Source: Planctomycetota bacterium (GTDB taxonomy: Bacteria > Planctomycetota > Phycisphaerae > Phycisphaerales > Phycisphaeraceae). Taken from it: DNA of 64,000 nt. How positions within the stretch are numbered: the stretch's first letter is position 1; every line of letters begins with the position of its first letter. Positions 1 to 8,303 of this stretch are shown one piece after another. The notes under the pieces are model-generated. The model was not told the DNA's origin, searched no databases, and saw nothing but the letters and a program-made list of their open reading frames with translations. The stretch covers positions 52,244 to 116,243 of the forward strand of contig JBCCQE010000006.1 of assembly GCA_039024495.1 (NCBI GenBank), written 5' to 3'. The position numbers and the translations under genes are program-made.

Positions 1-133
1 TGGGTTTGCTGAGGGTGGGCGGGCGGTGCGGCATCGATTTCGCGGCGTGTTCGGGCGGCGGGAGTTTGCTCGGCTCGCGCATGACGCGGGTTTCGCGCGC
101 GATGCGCGCTGCGTCGAGCTGAGTGTGGAGCAT
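1..133 (-). CDS. possible 5' end of a CDS running off the left edge (partial)
   Basis: ATG at 133-131 (minus) opens a stop-free frame to the window edge (MLHTQLDAARIARETRVMREPSKLPPPEH...). Third positions are G/C-rich like the real genes here. No domain recognised. Confidence 0.25.
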   Translation of the reverse strand, partial: MLHTQLDAARIARETRVMREPSKLPPPEHAAKSMPHRPPTLSKP

Positions 134-201
134 TGGCTTTGGCTGTTTCGCCGGTTTGAGGGGATCGGCGAGGCATCGCGGCGGCGGGCGGTGCTGGGGC
201 G

Positions 202-1071
202 CTAAGCGGGAGCGGCGGGTGATGAGGCCGCGCTCGGGGTGACCGCCGCGGCGAGGCGGCCGGCGAGGGTGCGGGCGTCGACGACGGGGCCGGTGCGCGA
301 GGGCAGGTGGGCGGGGCCGACGATCGGGCGGTGCATGGCGTCGAGCCAGGGTCGCCAGGGGTGCGGCGGGCTGTCGGGGGTGGGGCCGAGGTCGATGGCG
401 GCGTCGCAGGCGGGCAGGGCCTGCCAGGGCATCGCGGCGGCGGGGTCGGCGATGAGCAGCTCGGCGCGGCCGAAGTCTTGCCAGAGGCGGTGGGCGTGAA
501 GCCGGCCGGGCTGAGCGGGCGCGACGACGAGGCGGAGGTGCCGAGGGGCGACGCCGGAGTCGGATGGTGACGCGGAGCGGATGGCTTCGTCGGCGAGGCC
601 GAGCGCGAGGGCGGCGTCGTAGGCGTCGGTCAGCGGGTGGGCGGTGGGAAGCAGCAAGATGGCGGCGGTGGCGTCGTCGACGCCCCACCGTTGACGCACG
701 GCGGCGCGGGTGGCGGGGTCATCGGTGAGCGGCGGAGCCTGGGCGGCGTCGCGGACGGCGGCGTGCAGGCCGCGCGCGGGGCGCGCGAGGGCGCGGGCTA
801 ATGCGATCGTGGCGGGCGACCAGCCGACGAGTTCGGGGAGGCCGCGGATCCGGCGGATCGCGGCGGCGGCGGCGAATCGGGCCAGCGCCGTGCGGCCGAG
901 CGGGGCGCTGATCCATCGGGCGTGGGGAACGCCGGCGGCTTGGACGAGGGCGGCGAGGCGGCGTGAGCCGATCACGAGCGCGGGTTCGCCCGCGGCGGCG
1001 GCGGCGTGTGCCGCGACGGCGGCGAGGGGTGCGGGGCCGTCGATGAGGTGCCAGCGGGTCAAGGGCGGCAT
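202..1071 (-). CDS. hypothetical protein (Ala/Pro-rich, 289 aa)
   Basis: Longest ORF in this interval in the ORF track, with GC3-rich codons. No motif recognised. The overlapping plus-strand ORFs look like GC shadows. Confidence 0.5.
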   Translation of the reverse strand: MPPLTRWHLIDGPAPLAAVAAHAAAAAGEPALVIGSRRLAALVQAAGVPHARWISAPLGRTALARFAAAAAIRRIRGLPELVGWSPATIALARALARPARGLHAAVRDAAQAPPLTDDPATRAAVRQRWGVDDATAAILLLPTAHPLTDAYDAALALGLADEAIRSASPSDSGVAPRHLRLVVAPAQPGRLHAHRLWQDFGRAELLIADPAAAMPWQALPACDAAIDLGPTPDSPPHPWRPWLDAMHRPIVGPAHLPSRTGPVVDARTLAGRLAAAVTPSAASSPAAPA

Positions 1072-1211
1072 GGGTGGCGAGGTTGGGAGGTCAGCCGGCG
1101 GGGTGGCCTGACCCTTTAGGGTCAGGAGCGGGGGATTGATTGATTATCGCCCGGGTCTTAAGCCCCGGGCCACCCGCAGACCCGTGCCATCCGCGGGGTG
1201 CTTGGTGGGGG

Positions 1212-1925
1212 TCAGCCGGGCAGGTCGTCGCCGGGCTCGTCGCCGCGGTGCTTGTAGAAGAGCTGGGCGATCTCTTTGCCGACCTCTTCGGCCAGGCGTC
1301 GCATGAGCTCGAACTCGACGCTGCGGTCGCGGATCTTGGAGGACTCGAACTCGAGCTCGATGGCCTTGAGGTGGCCGGGCCCGGGGCGGGTGAGGTCGCC
1401 GCCGGGGTTGGGCCAGATGCGGCGGCCGTCTTTGGAGTTGACGATCTTGACCTCGATGGTGGCGTTGGGCCGGTAGAGGTCGCCGGCGACGCGGGCCCCG
1501 GCGGAGAGGACCTCGGCGTAGATGACCTGGTCGGCGCCGAGCTCGCGGCCGATGGCGTCGATGGGCATCTGCGCGAAGGCGTCGACGCCGGTCTGGCGTT
1601 GGAGCTCGCGGAGGTCGGAGACGCCGAAGATCTCGGTGTCGGCGCTGAGGCCGGCCTTGCTGCGGTTGAGGTGGAGGTAGTAGGTGGCGTTGGAGACGAC
1701 GCGGCCGGTGGCGTTGGGGTCGCGGAGCTGATTCTTGGGATCGTCCACGACAACGGCAAGCGAGCGGTCCGGCAGCTTGTAGACGGCCCGGATGTCGGTG
1801 TCGCGCATCACGACCGCGGCGGCGGCGAGCCCTTCGCACCCGGCGAGGTTGACGGCGATCACCAGCAGCGCGACGCCCAGGCCGGCCGCCTTGGCCACGC
1901 GGGGTGTGGCGCGTCGGGCGGTCAT
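1212..1925 (-). CDS. lipoprotein, TolB-N/LpoB-like (237 aa)
   Basis: I use the internal start MTARRATPRVAKAAGLGVALLVIAVNLAGC, which has a signal peptide and LAGC lipobox. The upstream part of the 353-aa track ORF is Arg-rich junk. The ATG overlaps the stop of the upstream gene (ATGA at 1922-1925). Confidence 0.75.
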   Translation of the reverse strand: MTARRATPRVAKAAGLGVALLVIAVNLAGCEGLAAAAVVMRDTDIRAVYKLPDRSLAVVVDDPKNQLRDPNATGRVVSNATYYLHLNRSKAGLSADTEIFGVSDLRELQRQTGVDAFAQMPIDAIGRELGADQVIYAEVLSAGARVAGDLYRPNATIEVKIVNSKDGRRIWPNPGGDLTRPGPGHLKAIELEFESSKIRDRSVEFELMRRLAEEVGKEIAQLFYKHRGDEPGDDLPG

Positions 1926-2551
1926 CGCTTGCGCTCGACGAGGTGGTCGTAGAACAGCCCGGCGGCGTCGCGGCTGAACAGCGTGAGCAGGCCGAGCTGG
2001 ATCGCCTCGTCTTCTTCGTAGATCAGGCCCTCTTCCATGTTCTCGGGGAAGACGTTGCTGACGGTGTTGAAGTAGGTGAAGTCGTCGGCGTCCGGGGCGT
2101 GGGCTTCGATGACGCCGATGTTGGCGGTGATGGCGCCGCGCTTCTCGTAGCGGTTGCCCGGCTCGTGGAGCTGGTAGCTGGCGACGTCGACGAGGACGAT
2201 CGCCTCGGTGCCGACCTTCTCGATGAGCTCGCTGTAGAGCAGCGTCTGCCAGTAAGGGTTCTGCTCCTGCCATTCGACGACGAGGTCGGGGTGGACGACG
2301 CGGGCGCCCTCGAGGTTTTCCTGGATGCGGCCGGAGATGACGCGGCCGATCTGCTCCTGCACGTCGGGGTGGCGGAAGAGCAGGAACTCGTCGGCAGAGA
2401 CGAGCACGGCGATGGTTTTGTTTTCGAGGCCGCGGTACTCGGCGGAGACGTCGAAGCGCTCGATCTGGTCGAGGTGGGAACAGGCGGCGAGGGCGATGAC
2501 GGCCAAGGCGACCACGGCCGCGAGGGCCGGCCAGGAGAGGCGGTTATTCAT
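1922..2551 (-). CDS. lipoprotein, TolB-N/LpoB-like (209 aa)
   Basis: I use the internal start MNNRLSWPALAAVVALAVIALAAC, which has a signal peptide and LAAC lipobox. The start overlaps the upstream gene's stop by 4 nt (2548-2551). Confidence 0.75.
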   Translation of the reverse strand: MNNRLSWPALAAVVALAVIALAACSHLDQIERFDVSAEYRGLENKTIAVLVSADEFLLFRHPDVQEQIGRVISGRIQENLEGARVVHPDLVVEWQEQNPYWQTLLYSELIEKVGTEAIVLVDVASYQLHEPGNRYEKRGAITANIGVIEAHAPDADDFTYFNTVSNVFPENMEEGLIYEEDEAIQLGLLTLFSRDAAGLFYDHLVERKR

Positions 2552-3039
2552 CCGGCGGATCCTAGCGTGACCACGATTTTGTAAATCCACCCACCGACGA
2601 GGATTGCCCCGCCGAGCAGGACGAGCTTGGCGGAGAACAGGCTTTTGAGGGGGCGCGGGTCGGCGCCGGTGATGGCGATGTAGGTCGCGACGATGGCGGT
2701 GACGGCGGTGAGGACGGCGAGGACGAAGCCGGCTGGCTGGGTGAGGAAGGAGGCGACGAAGTTGCCGTCGGCGGCGTGGGCGAAGGCGGTGGTCATGCCG
2801 CAGGTGGCGCAGGGCAGGCCGGTGGCGAGCTCGAAGCCGCAGGGGGGCAGGCCGAGCTGGGTGTGGGTGCCGTAGCCGGCGGCGTCGGGGGTGACGAAGG
2901 CGGCGATGGTGAGCACGGCCAGGGCGGGCAGCGCGATCAGCGTGGCGACGATGCGGCGGAGCTGCCGGGGCGCGACCATGCTCGCCGCGGCGGCGGACCC
3001 GGAAGCGAGGTGCTGGGGTGGGGCGGGGGCGTGCGACAT
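2548..3039 (-). CDS. DUF2752-family membrane protein
   Basis: Motif PPCGFELATGLPCATCGMTTAF matches the DUF2752 C-x-TG-x-PC-x2-CG-x-T signature and is flanked by TM helices. The start at MSHAPAPP (3039) is a choice; an alternative is MVAPRQL. Confidence 0.75.
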   Translation of the reverse strand: MSHAPAPPQHLASGSAAAASMVAPRQLRRIVATLIALPALAVLTIAAFVTPDAAGYGTHTQLGLPPCGFELATGLPCATCGMTTAFAHAADGNFVASFLTQPAGFVLAVLTAVTAIVATYIAITGADPRPLKSLFSAKLVLLGGAILVGGWIYKIVVTLGSAG

Positions 3040-3101
3040 GCGGACAGGATACCCCGGGCACGGCCGCCGATCCCGCGGCGAGGGGCGTTTAAACTGGCCC
3101 G

Positions 3102-4613
3102 ATGGCGAATGGTGCCTCGGCGACGATTGCAACGGAGCGAACGGCGGGGGGTGCGGGTGCGTCGTCGGCGCGCGGGCCGCGGGTGGCGGTGCTGGGCGCG
3201 GGGGTGGCGGGGATGGCGGCGGCGGTGTCGCTGAGCCGGGCGGGGGTGGCGGTGGACCTGATCGACACGCGGCGCAAGCTCGGCGGGCGGGCGACGTCGT
3301 TCGAGCACCCGGCGACGGGGCACACGCTGGACAACTGCCAGCACGTGCTGATGCGGTGCTGCACGGCGCTGCGGTCGCTGTACGAGACGCTGGGCGTGAG
3401 CGACCGGGTCGAGTGGCATCGGCGGTTGAACTTCGTGCAGCCCGGCGGGCGGCGGGACACGCTGGAAGCGGGGGCGATGCCGGCGCCGGGGCACTTTGGG
3501 TGGAGCTTTCTTGGGCTGAGCTTTCTGAATCTGCGGGACAAGCTGGGGATCGCGCGGGCGATGCTGGCGCTGGTGCGCACGTCGCCCGAGGCGATGGTGC
3601 GGGCCGACGCGATGAGCTTCGGGGCTTGGCTGGACAGGCACGCGCCGCAGACGGAGCGTGCGATGGCGCGGTACTGGGAGCCGGTGGTGGTGTCGGCGGT
3701 GAACCTGCCGTGCGCGGAAGCGTCGGCTCGCTACGCGATTCAGGTGTTCCGCGAGGGGTTTCTGTCGCGCGGGGATGCGTACGTGATGGGCGTGTCGCGG
3801 GTGCCGCTGCGGGCGTTGTATGAGCGGGTGGAGCCGATCGTGGCCGAGGCGGGCGGGCGGCTGCGGCTGGGCGAGGCGGTGGAGGCGATCGCGTACGACG
3901 CGGATGCGCAGCGCGTGACGGGCGTGACCGTGCGGCGGGGGCGCGGGACGGAGACGATCGCCGTGGACGCGGTGGTGTCAGCGTTGCCGGCGGATCGGCT
4001 GAGCAAGGCGATCGACTCGGCGACGGTCGATGCAGACGATCGGCTGGCGCGGCTGGATGAGGTCGGCGTGTCGTCGATCCTCGGGGTGCACCTGGCGGTG
4101 GCGTGCCCGTCGGCGGACGAGCCGGCGATCGACCTGCCGCACGCGGCGTTGCTGGATTCGCCTCTGCACTGGGTGTTTAACGAGGAGCCGAGGGCGGCTG
4201 CAGACGGACGGGTTGTGCAGTGGGTGCACGGGGTGATCTCGGCGTCGGACGACCTGCTGGGCAAGACGAACGACGAGCTGGTCGAGCTGACGTGGGCCGA
4301 GGTGCGGCGGTGCTTCCCGGCGGCGGGGGAGCGTGAGCTGGTCGCCGGCGTGGCGGTGCGGGAGGTGCGGGCGACGTTCGCGGCGGTGCCGGGCGTGGAC
4401 GCGGTGCGGCCGGCGACGGCGGGGGCGATCGGCAACCTGATGCTGGCCGGCGACTGGGTGGACACGGGCTGGCCGGCGACGATGGAGGGGGCGGCGCGGT
4501 CGGGGTATCGCGCGGCGGCGGCGGCGTTGGAGGCGATGGGGCGGGATGCGTCGGCGGTGCCGGGCGTGGCGGACTACCCGGTGGGTGGGGTGTTTGCGGT
4601 GGTGTCGGCGTGA
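3102..4613 (+). CDS. hpnE: hydroxysqualene dehydroxylase-like FAD oxidoreductase (HpnE family)
   Basis: N-terminal dinucleotide fold VAVLGAGVAGMAAAVSL, then KLGGRATSF...TLDNCQHVLMRCCT, a pattern typical of HpnE/amine-oxidase-fold squalene-associated enzymes. The ORF is 503 aa. Confidence 0.7.
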   Translation: MANGASATIATERTAGGAGASSARGPRVAVLGAGVAGMAAAVSLSRAGVAVDLIDTRRKLGGRATSFEHPATGHTLDNCQHVLMRCCTALRSLYETLGVSDRVEWHRRLNFVQPGGRRDTLEAGAMPAPGHFGWSFLGLSFLNLRDKLGIARAMLALVRTSPEAMVRADAMSFGAWLDRHAPQTERAMARYWEPVVVSAVNLPCAEASARYAIQVFREGFLSRGDAYVMGVSRVPLRALYERVEPIVAEAGGRLRLGEAVEAIAYDADAQRVTGVTVRRGRGTETIAVDAVVSALPADRLSKAIDSATVDADDRLARLDEVGVSSILGVHLAVACPSADEPAIDLPHAALLDSPLHWVFNEEPRAAADGRVVQWVHGVISASDDLLGKTNDELVELTWAEVRRCFPAAGERELVAGVAVREVRATFAAVPGVDAVRPATAGAIGNLMLAGDWVDTGWPATMEGAARSGYRAAAAALEAMGRDASAVPGVADYPVGGVFAVVSA

Positions 4614-4665
4614 TGCGGTTGGTGCGGACGGGTCGTCGACGGATGAGAAACGTCGTCGGCACATG

Positions 4666-4692
4666 AAAAAACCCCGGCCGTGACGGCCGGGG
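4666..4692 (-). terminator. Rho-independent terminator (minus sense), hairpin shared by convergent hpnE and redoxin genes
   Basis: A perfect 9-bp stem CCCCGGCCG / CGGCCGGGG with a 3-nt loop. On the minus strand it is followed by TTTTTT (A-run 4666-4671). It lies 37 nt downstream of the minus-strand stop at 4729. Confidence 0.7.
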
Positions 4693-4728
4693 CTTCTCGG
4701 GTCTTCACTCGGCTTGTCGCCGCAGTGG

Positions 4729-5358
4729 TTAGTTCACGCGCTTGATCGAGCAGCCCTTGCTCTTGGTCTCGGTGTAGGGCAGCTCGGTGCCGTTGAGGGC
4801 GGCCAGAACGACGGGGGTGAGGTACTGCTCGTCCATCTCGCCGCACTTCTCGGGCGAGGTCGGGACCTCTTCGAAGCCGCCGGCGTAGATGAGCTCCTGC
4901 TCACCTTGGCTGATGACGTAGAAGTGGGGGGTGGTCTGAGCGCCGTAGATGTCGGCGATCTTGTTGCCCGGGTCCTTGAGGATCGGGTACGGGATCGCGT
5001 GCTCGGAGGCGTAGCTGGCGACCTGCTCGGCGGTCTCGGCCTTGTTCGAGTTGATCGCGATGAACTGCACGTCGTTCGCGGCCCACTCCTCGGCGAGCGG
5101 CGAGAGCACGCGCTGGTAGCCGCCGCCGTCACGCATCTTGTCCCACGGGCAGTGGATCGACTGCCAGACGAGGACAACGAGCTTGTCCGAGTAGTCGCTG
5201 AGGGCGACGGGCTCGCCGGTGCTGACGTCGGTCAGCTCGAACTGCGGGGCGGGCTCGCCGATGTGGGCGTGTTCGCCGTCGTGAGCGGCGGCCGGCAGGG
5301 CCAATCCGACGAGGGCAACGAGGGCAAAGAGCGAACCGAGGGTTTTCTTGAGGGTCAT
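4729..5358 (-). CDS. secreted thioredoxin-fold (redoxin/TlpA-like) protein
   Basis: Start MTLKKTLGSLFALVALVGLALPAAA is a signal peptide with AGGAG upstream. Redoxin-like core KLVVLVWQSIHCPWD...YPILKD...TTPHFYVI. The long N-terminal extension in the track ORF is rejected. Confidence 0.75.
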   Translation of the reverse strand: MTLKKTLGSLFALVALVGLALPAAAHDGEHAHIGEPAPQFELTDVSTGEPVALSDYSDKLVVLVWQSIHCPWDKMRDGGGYQRVLSPLAEEWAANDVQFIAINSNKAETAEQVASYASEHAIPYPILKDPGNKIADIYGAQTTPHFYVISQGEQELIYAGGFEEVPTSPEKCGEMDEQYLTPVVLAALNGTELPYTETKSKGCSIKRVN

Positions 5359-5517
5359 AGTCTCTCTCCTGGGGAGGTGAAGGAGGACCGGCGCGAACAC
5401 CCGTGCCGGCTGGAGGACATTACGCCGCGGCCGCGGCCGGGTTCTCGCGGTTTCCCGAAAATGAGACGTTGAGGTTTGCCGGTGGACCGCCGGGGCGGCG
5501 TGGTTAGTCTGCCCGAC

Positions 5518-6513
5518 ATGCCCGCGGTGATCGCCGAGAATCTGACCAAGCACTACCGCGTGGCGGACAAGAAGCCGGGCCTGCTGGGGACGGCGGCCCA
5601 CTTTTTTAAGCGTCGCTACAAGACCGTCGAGGCGGTCAAGGGCGTGTCGCTGGCCGTCGAGCCGGGCGAGATCGTGGGGTTTCTGGGCCCCAACGGCGCG
5701 GGCAAGACGACCACGCTCAAGATGCTGTCGGGGCTGATGGAGCCCACGGCCGGGCGCTGCGAGGTGCTGGGGATGCGCCCGTTCGACCGCCGGCCGTCGC
5801 TGCTGGCGCAGATCACGCTGGTGATGGGCCAGAAGCAGCAGCTGATGTGGGACCTGCCGGCGGCCGACTCGCTGCGGATCAACGCGGCCGTGTACGACCT
5901 CACCCGCCGCGACGCCGACGCCCGGATCGACGAGCTGGCGGCCATGCTCGGGCTGACCGACGAGCTGACGCGCCCGGTGCGCAAGCTCTCGCTGGGCCAG
6001 CGGATGAAGGTCGAGCTCGTCGCCGCGCTGCTGCACCGCCCCAAGGTGCTGTTCCTCGATGAGCCGACGCTCGGGCTGGACATCAACGCGCAGACGGCCG
6101 TGCGCGACTTCCTGCGGACCTACAACGCCGACCAGGGCGCGGCCATGCTGCTCACGTCGCACTACATGGCCGACATCACCGCGCTGTGCAAGCGCGTGAT
6201 CCTCATCCACGAGGGGCGGATCATCCACGACGGCTCGCTGGACGCCCTGCTCGATCGGTTTGCGCCGTTCCGGGAGGTCGCGCTGGAGTTCGATCCCGCC
6301 GAGCCGGCACCGCCGCGCGAACGGCTCGAGCGCTTCGGCGAGGTCGAGTCGGCCGAGGGGCACGCCGCGAAGGTGTTGATCGGCCGCGACAGCCTCGCCT
6401 CGGCGGTGGGCGCGATCATGGCCGAGCTGGCGGTCGCCGACCTGACGATCCACGACCCGCCGATCGAGACGGTCATCAACCGCGCGTTCGACGAAGGCAA
6501 GGGGCAGGCATGA
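5518..6513 (+). CDS. ABC transporter ATP-binding protein (ABC-2 type)
   Basis: Walker A GPNGAGKTT, signature LSLGQRMK, Walker B LLFLDEPTLGLD. Start chosen at MPAVIAENLTKHY. Confidence 0.9.
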   Translation: MPAVIAENLTKHYRVADKKPGLLGTAAHFFKRRYKTVEAVKGVSLAVEPGEIVGFLGPNGAGKTTTLKMLSGLMEPTAGRCEVLGMRPFDRRPSLLAQITLVMGQKQQLMWDLPAADSLRINAAVYDLTRRDADARIDELAAMLGLTDELTRPVRKLSLGQRMKVELVAALLHRPKVLFLDEPTLGLDINAQTAVRDFLRTYNADQGAAMLLTSHYMADITALCKRVILIHEGRIIHDGSLDALLDRFAPFREVALEFDPAEPAPPRERLERFGEVESAEGHAAKVLIGRDSLASAVGAIMAELAVADLTIHDPPIETVINRAFDEGKGQA

Positions 6514-7460
6514 GCCAAAGCCCATCCAACATCGGCCATCACGCGCCGTCTATTACCGCCCATCCGCTGTTCGTGCCGCGGCGGTTCTTTCGGCTTGCCT
6601 CGGCGCTCACGACGTCGTTCTACGCGCTGATGGTCGAGTACCGCGTCGAGATCATCCTGTGGGGGATCGCGACCTCGCTGCCGCTGATCATGATGGGCGT
6701 GTGGTCCGAGGCCGCGGGCACCGGCGAGTTCACGCTCGACCGCGTGGGCATGATCCGCTACTTCCTCGCGGTGTTCATCGTGCGGCAGTTCACGGTCGTG
6801 TGGGTGATCCACGACTTCGAGTGGCACGTCGTGTCCGGCCGGCTCACGCCGTTCCTTATCGCGCCGCTCGACCCGTGGTGGCGGTTCTTTTTCATCCACG
6901 TCGCCGAGCAGCTCTGCCGGCTGCCGATCGTCATCCTGCTGCTCGCTGGCTCGCTGCTGCTGTTCCCCGAAGCGCTCTGGGGCGACGGCGAAACCCACGG
7001 CCTCTGGACGCCCTCATGGGACCGCGTCGCGCTCGCCGCCGTCGCCACCTACCTCGGGTTCATCCTGCGCTGGTGGATGCAATACGCCATGGCCATGGGT
7101 GCGTTCTGGCTCGAGCGCGTCTCGTCGGCCCACGACCTGCTCTTCCTGCCGTACCTGTTCCTCTCGGGCATGGTGTTCCCGCTCGGCGAGCTCAGCAATC
7201 GCCTGCCCGAGTCGGCGACGCTGCTGGGCATGACCATTCCCATCGGCAGCCTCGTCTACGAGCTCACCATGCTCACGCCGTTCCCGTACATGCTGTGGTT
7301 CCCGGCGATACTCATCTCCACCGAGGGCGACGCGGCGCTCGGCGGCGTGTCCATCCCGCGCGCCTTCGCCACGCTCGTCATCTGGATCGGCCTGATGATC
7401 GCTCTGCAGCGCTTCCTCTGGAGGCTCGGCACCAAGCACTACTCGGCCATGGGGGCCTGA
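6510..7460 (+). CDS. ABC-2 family permease (DUF990-like)
   Basis: Start MSQSPSNIG overlaps the ATPase stop (ATGA at 6510-6513). The protein is polytopic and hydrophobic. It forms the typical pair with the next gene. Confidence 0.8.
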   Translation: MSQSPSNIGHHAPSITAHPLFVPRRFFRLASALTTSFYALMVEYRVEIILWGIATSLPLIMMGVWSEAAGTGEFTLDRVGMIRYFLAVFIVRQFTVVWVIHDFEWHVVSGRLTPFLIAPLDPWWRFFFIHVAEQLCRLPIVILLLAGSLLLFPEALWGDGETHGLWTPSWDRVALAAVATYLGFILRWWMQYAMAMGAFWLERVSSAHDLLFLPYLFLSGMVFPLGELSNRLPESATLLGMTIPIGSLVYELTMLTPFPYMLWFPAILISTEGDAALGGVSIPRAFATLVIWIGLMIALQRFLWRLGTKHYSAMGA

Positions 7461-7463
7461 CGC

Positions 7464-8270
7464 ATGCTGCGCTACACCCGCACCCTCTACGCCTGCTGGT
7501 CCGCCGCCATCGCCGCCGAGGCCGAGTACCGGCTGAACTTCGCCATCGCCGCGCTCATCGCCCTGTTCACCCTCGCCGGCTCGCTGCTCGTCCTTGCGCT
7601 CTTCTACGGACCAAACGCGTCCGCAGAATCGGCCGTGCTCGGCGGGTGGTCCTTCTATGAAGCCCTCTGCGTCACCGCCGTCTACACCATCCTCGATGGC
7701 TTCCAGCAGACCTTCATGCAGCCCAACCGCCAGCAGCTCACCGAGATGGTCCGCGAGGGCCAGCTCGACTTCGTCCTGCTCAAGCCCATCGACCCGCAGT
7801 TCTGGCTCTCGACCAACCGCCTCGCCGTCTTCGGCGTCCCCAACTTCGTGTTCGGCGGCGTCCTGCTCGCCTACGCCATCGGCCAGCTCGACGCCCTGCC
7901 GTCGGCCTTCTCGATCGCCCTGGGCATCGGCGGTATCGCCATCGGCCTGGCGATCCTCTACGCGCTCGGCTTCCTGCTCGCCACCCTCACCATCTGGTTC
8001 GTCAAGATGGACAACATCACCCTGGCCATGAACGCCCTGCTCGAGGCCGGCCGCTACCCCATCCCCGCCTATGCACCGGCCTTCCGCGTCTTCTTCACCT
8101 TCGTCCTGCCTGTCTTCTTCATGACCACCGTCCCCGCCGAGCTGCTCACCGGCCGCGACTCGCCAGGCTGGACCCTGCTCATCGCCCTCACCACCGCCGC
8201 CGCGCTCGTCCTCGGCTCACGCTGGCTGCTCCGCTTCTCGCTGCGCCACTACACCTCCGCCTCCAGCTAA
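7464..8270 (+). CDS. ABC-2 family permease (DUF990-like)
   Basis: A 268-aa polytopic membrane protein starting 4 nt after the previous stop. It looks like a paralogue of the upstream permease. Confidence 0.8.
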   Translation: MLRYTRTLYACWSAAIAAEAEYRLNFAIAALIALFTLAGSLLVLALFYGPNASAESAVLGGWSFYEALCVTAVYTILDGFQQTFMQPNRQQLTEMVREGQLDFVLLKPIDPQFWLSTNRLAVFGVPNFVFGGVLLAYAIGQLDALPSAFSIALGIGGIAIGLAILYALGFLLATLTIWFVKMDNITLAMNALLEAGRYPIPAYAPAFRVFFTFVLPVFFMTTVPAELLTGRDSPGWTLLIALTTAAALVLGSRWLLRFSLRHYTSASS

Positions 8271-8303
8271 CGCGACGCGGGGCGGCCGAGTTCGCACCCT
8301 TGC

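Noticed and set aside
1212-2273. N-terminal extensions of track ORFs: 1212-2273, 1922-3061, 4729-6525, 20099-21538, 33701-34663, 36137-37894, 37138-39465 and 53089-54354
   Set aside because: The extended parts are Arg-rich junk overlapping the upstream gene. Internal ATGs give proper signal peptides or lipoboxes, Rossmann N-termini, RBSs or ATGA coupling, so I used the shorter coordinates.
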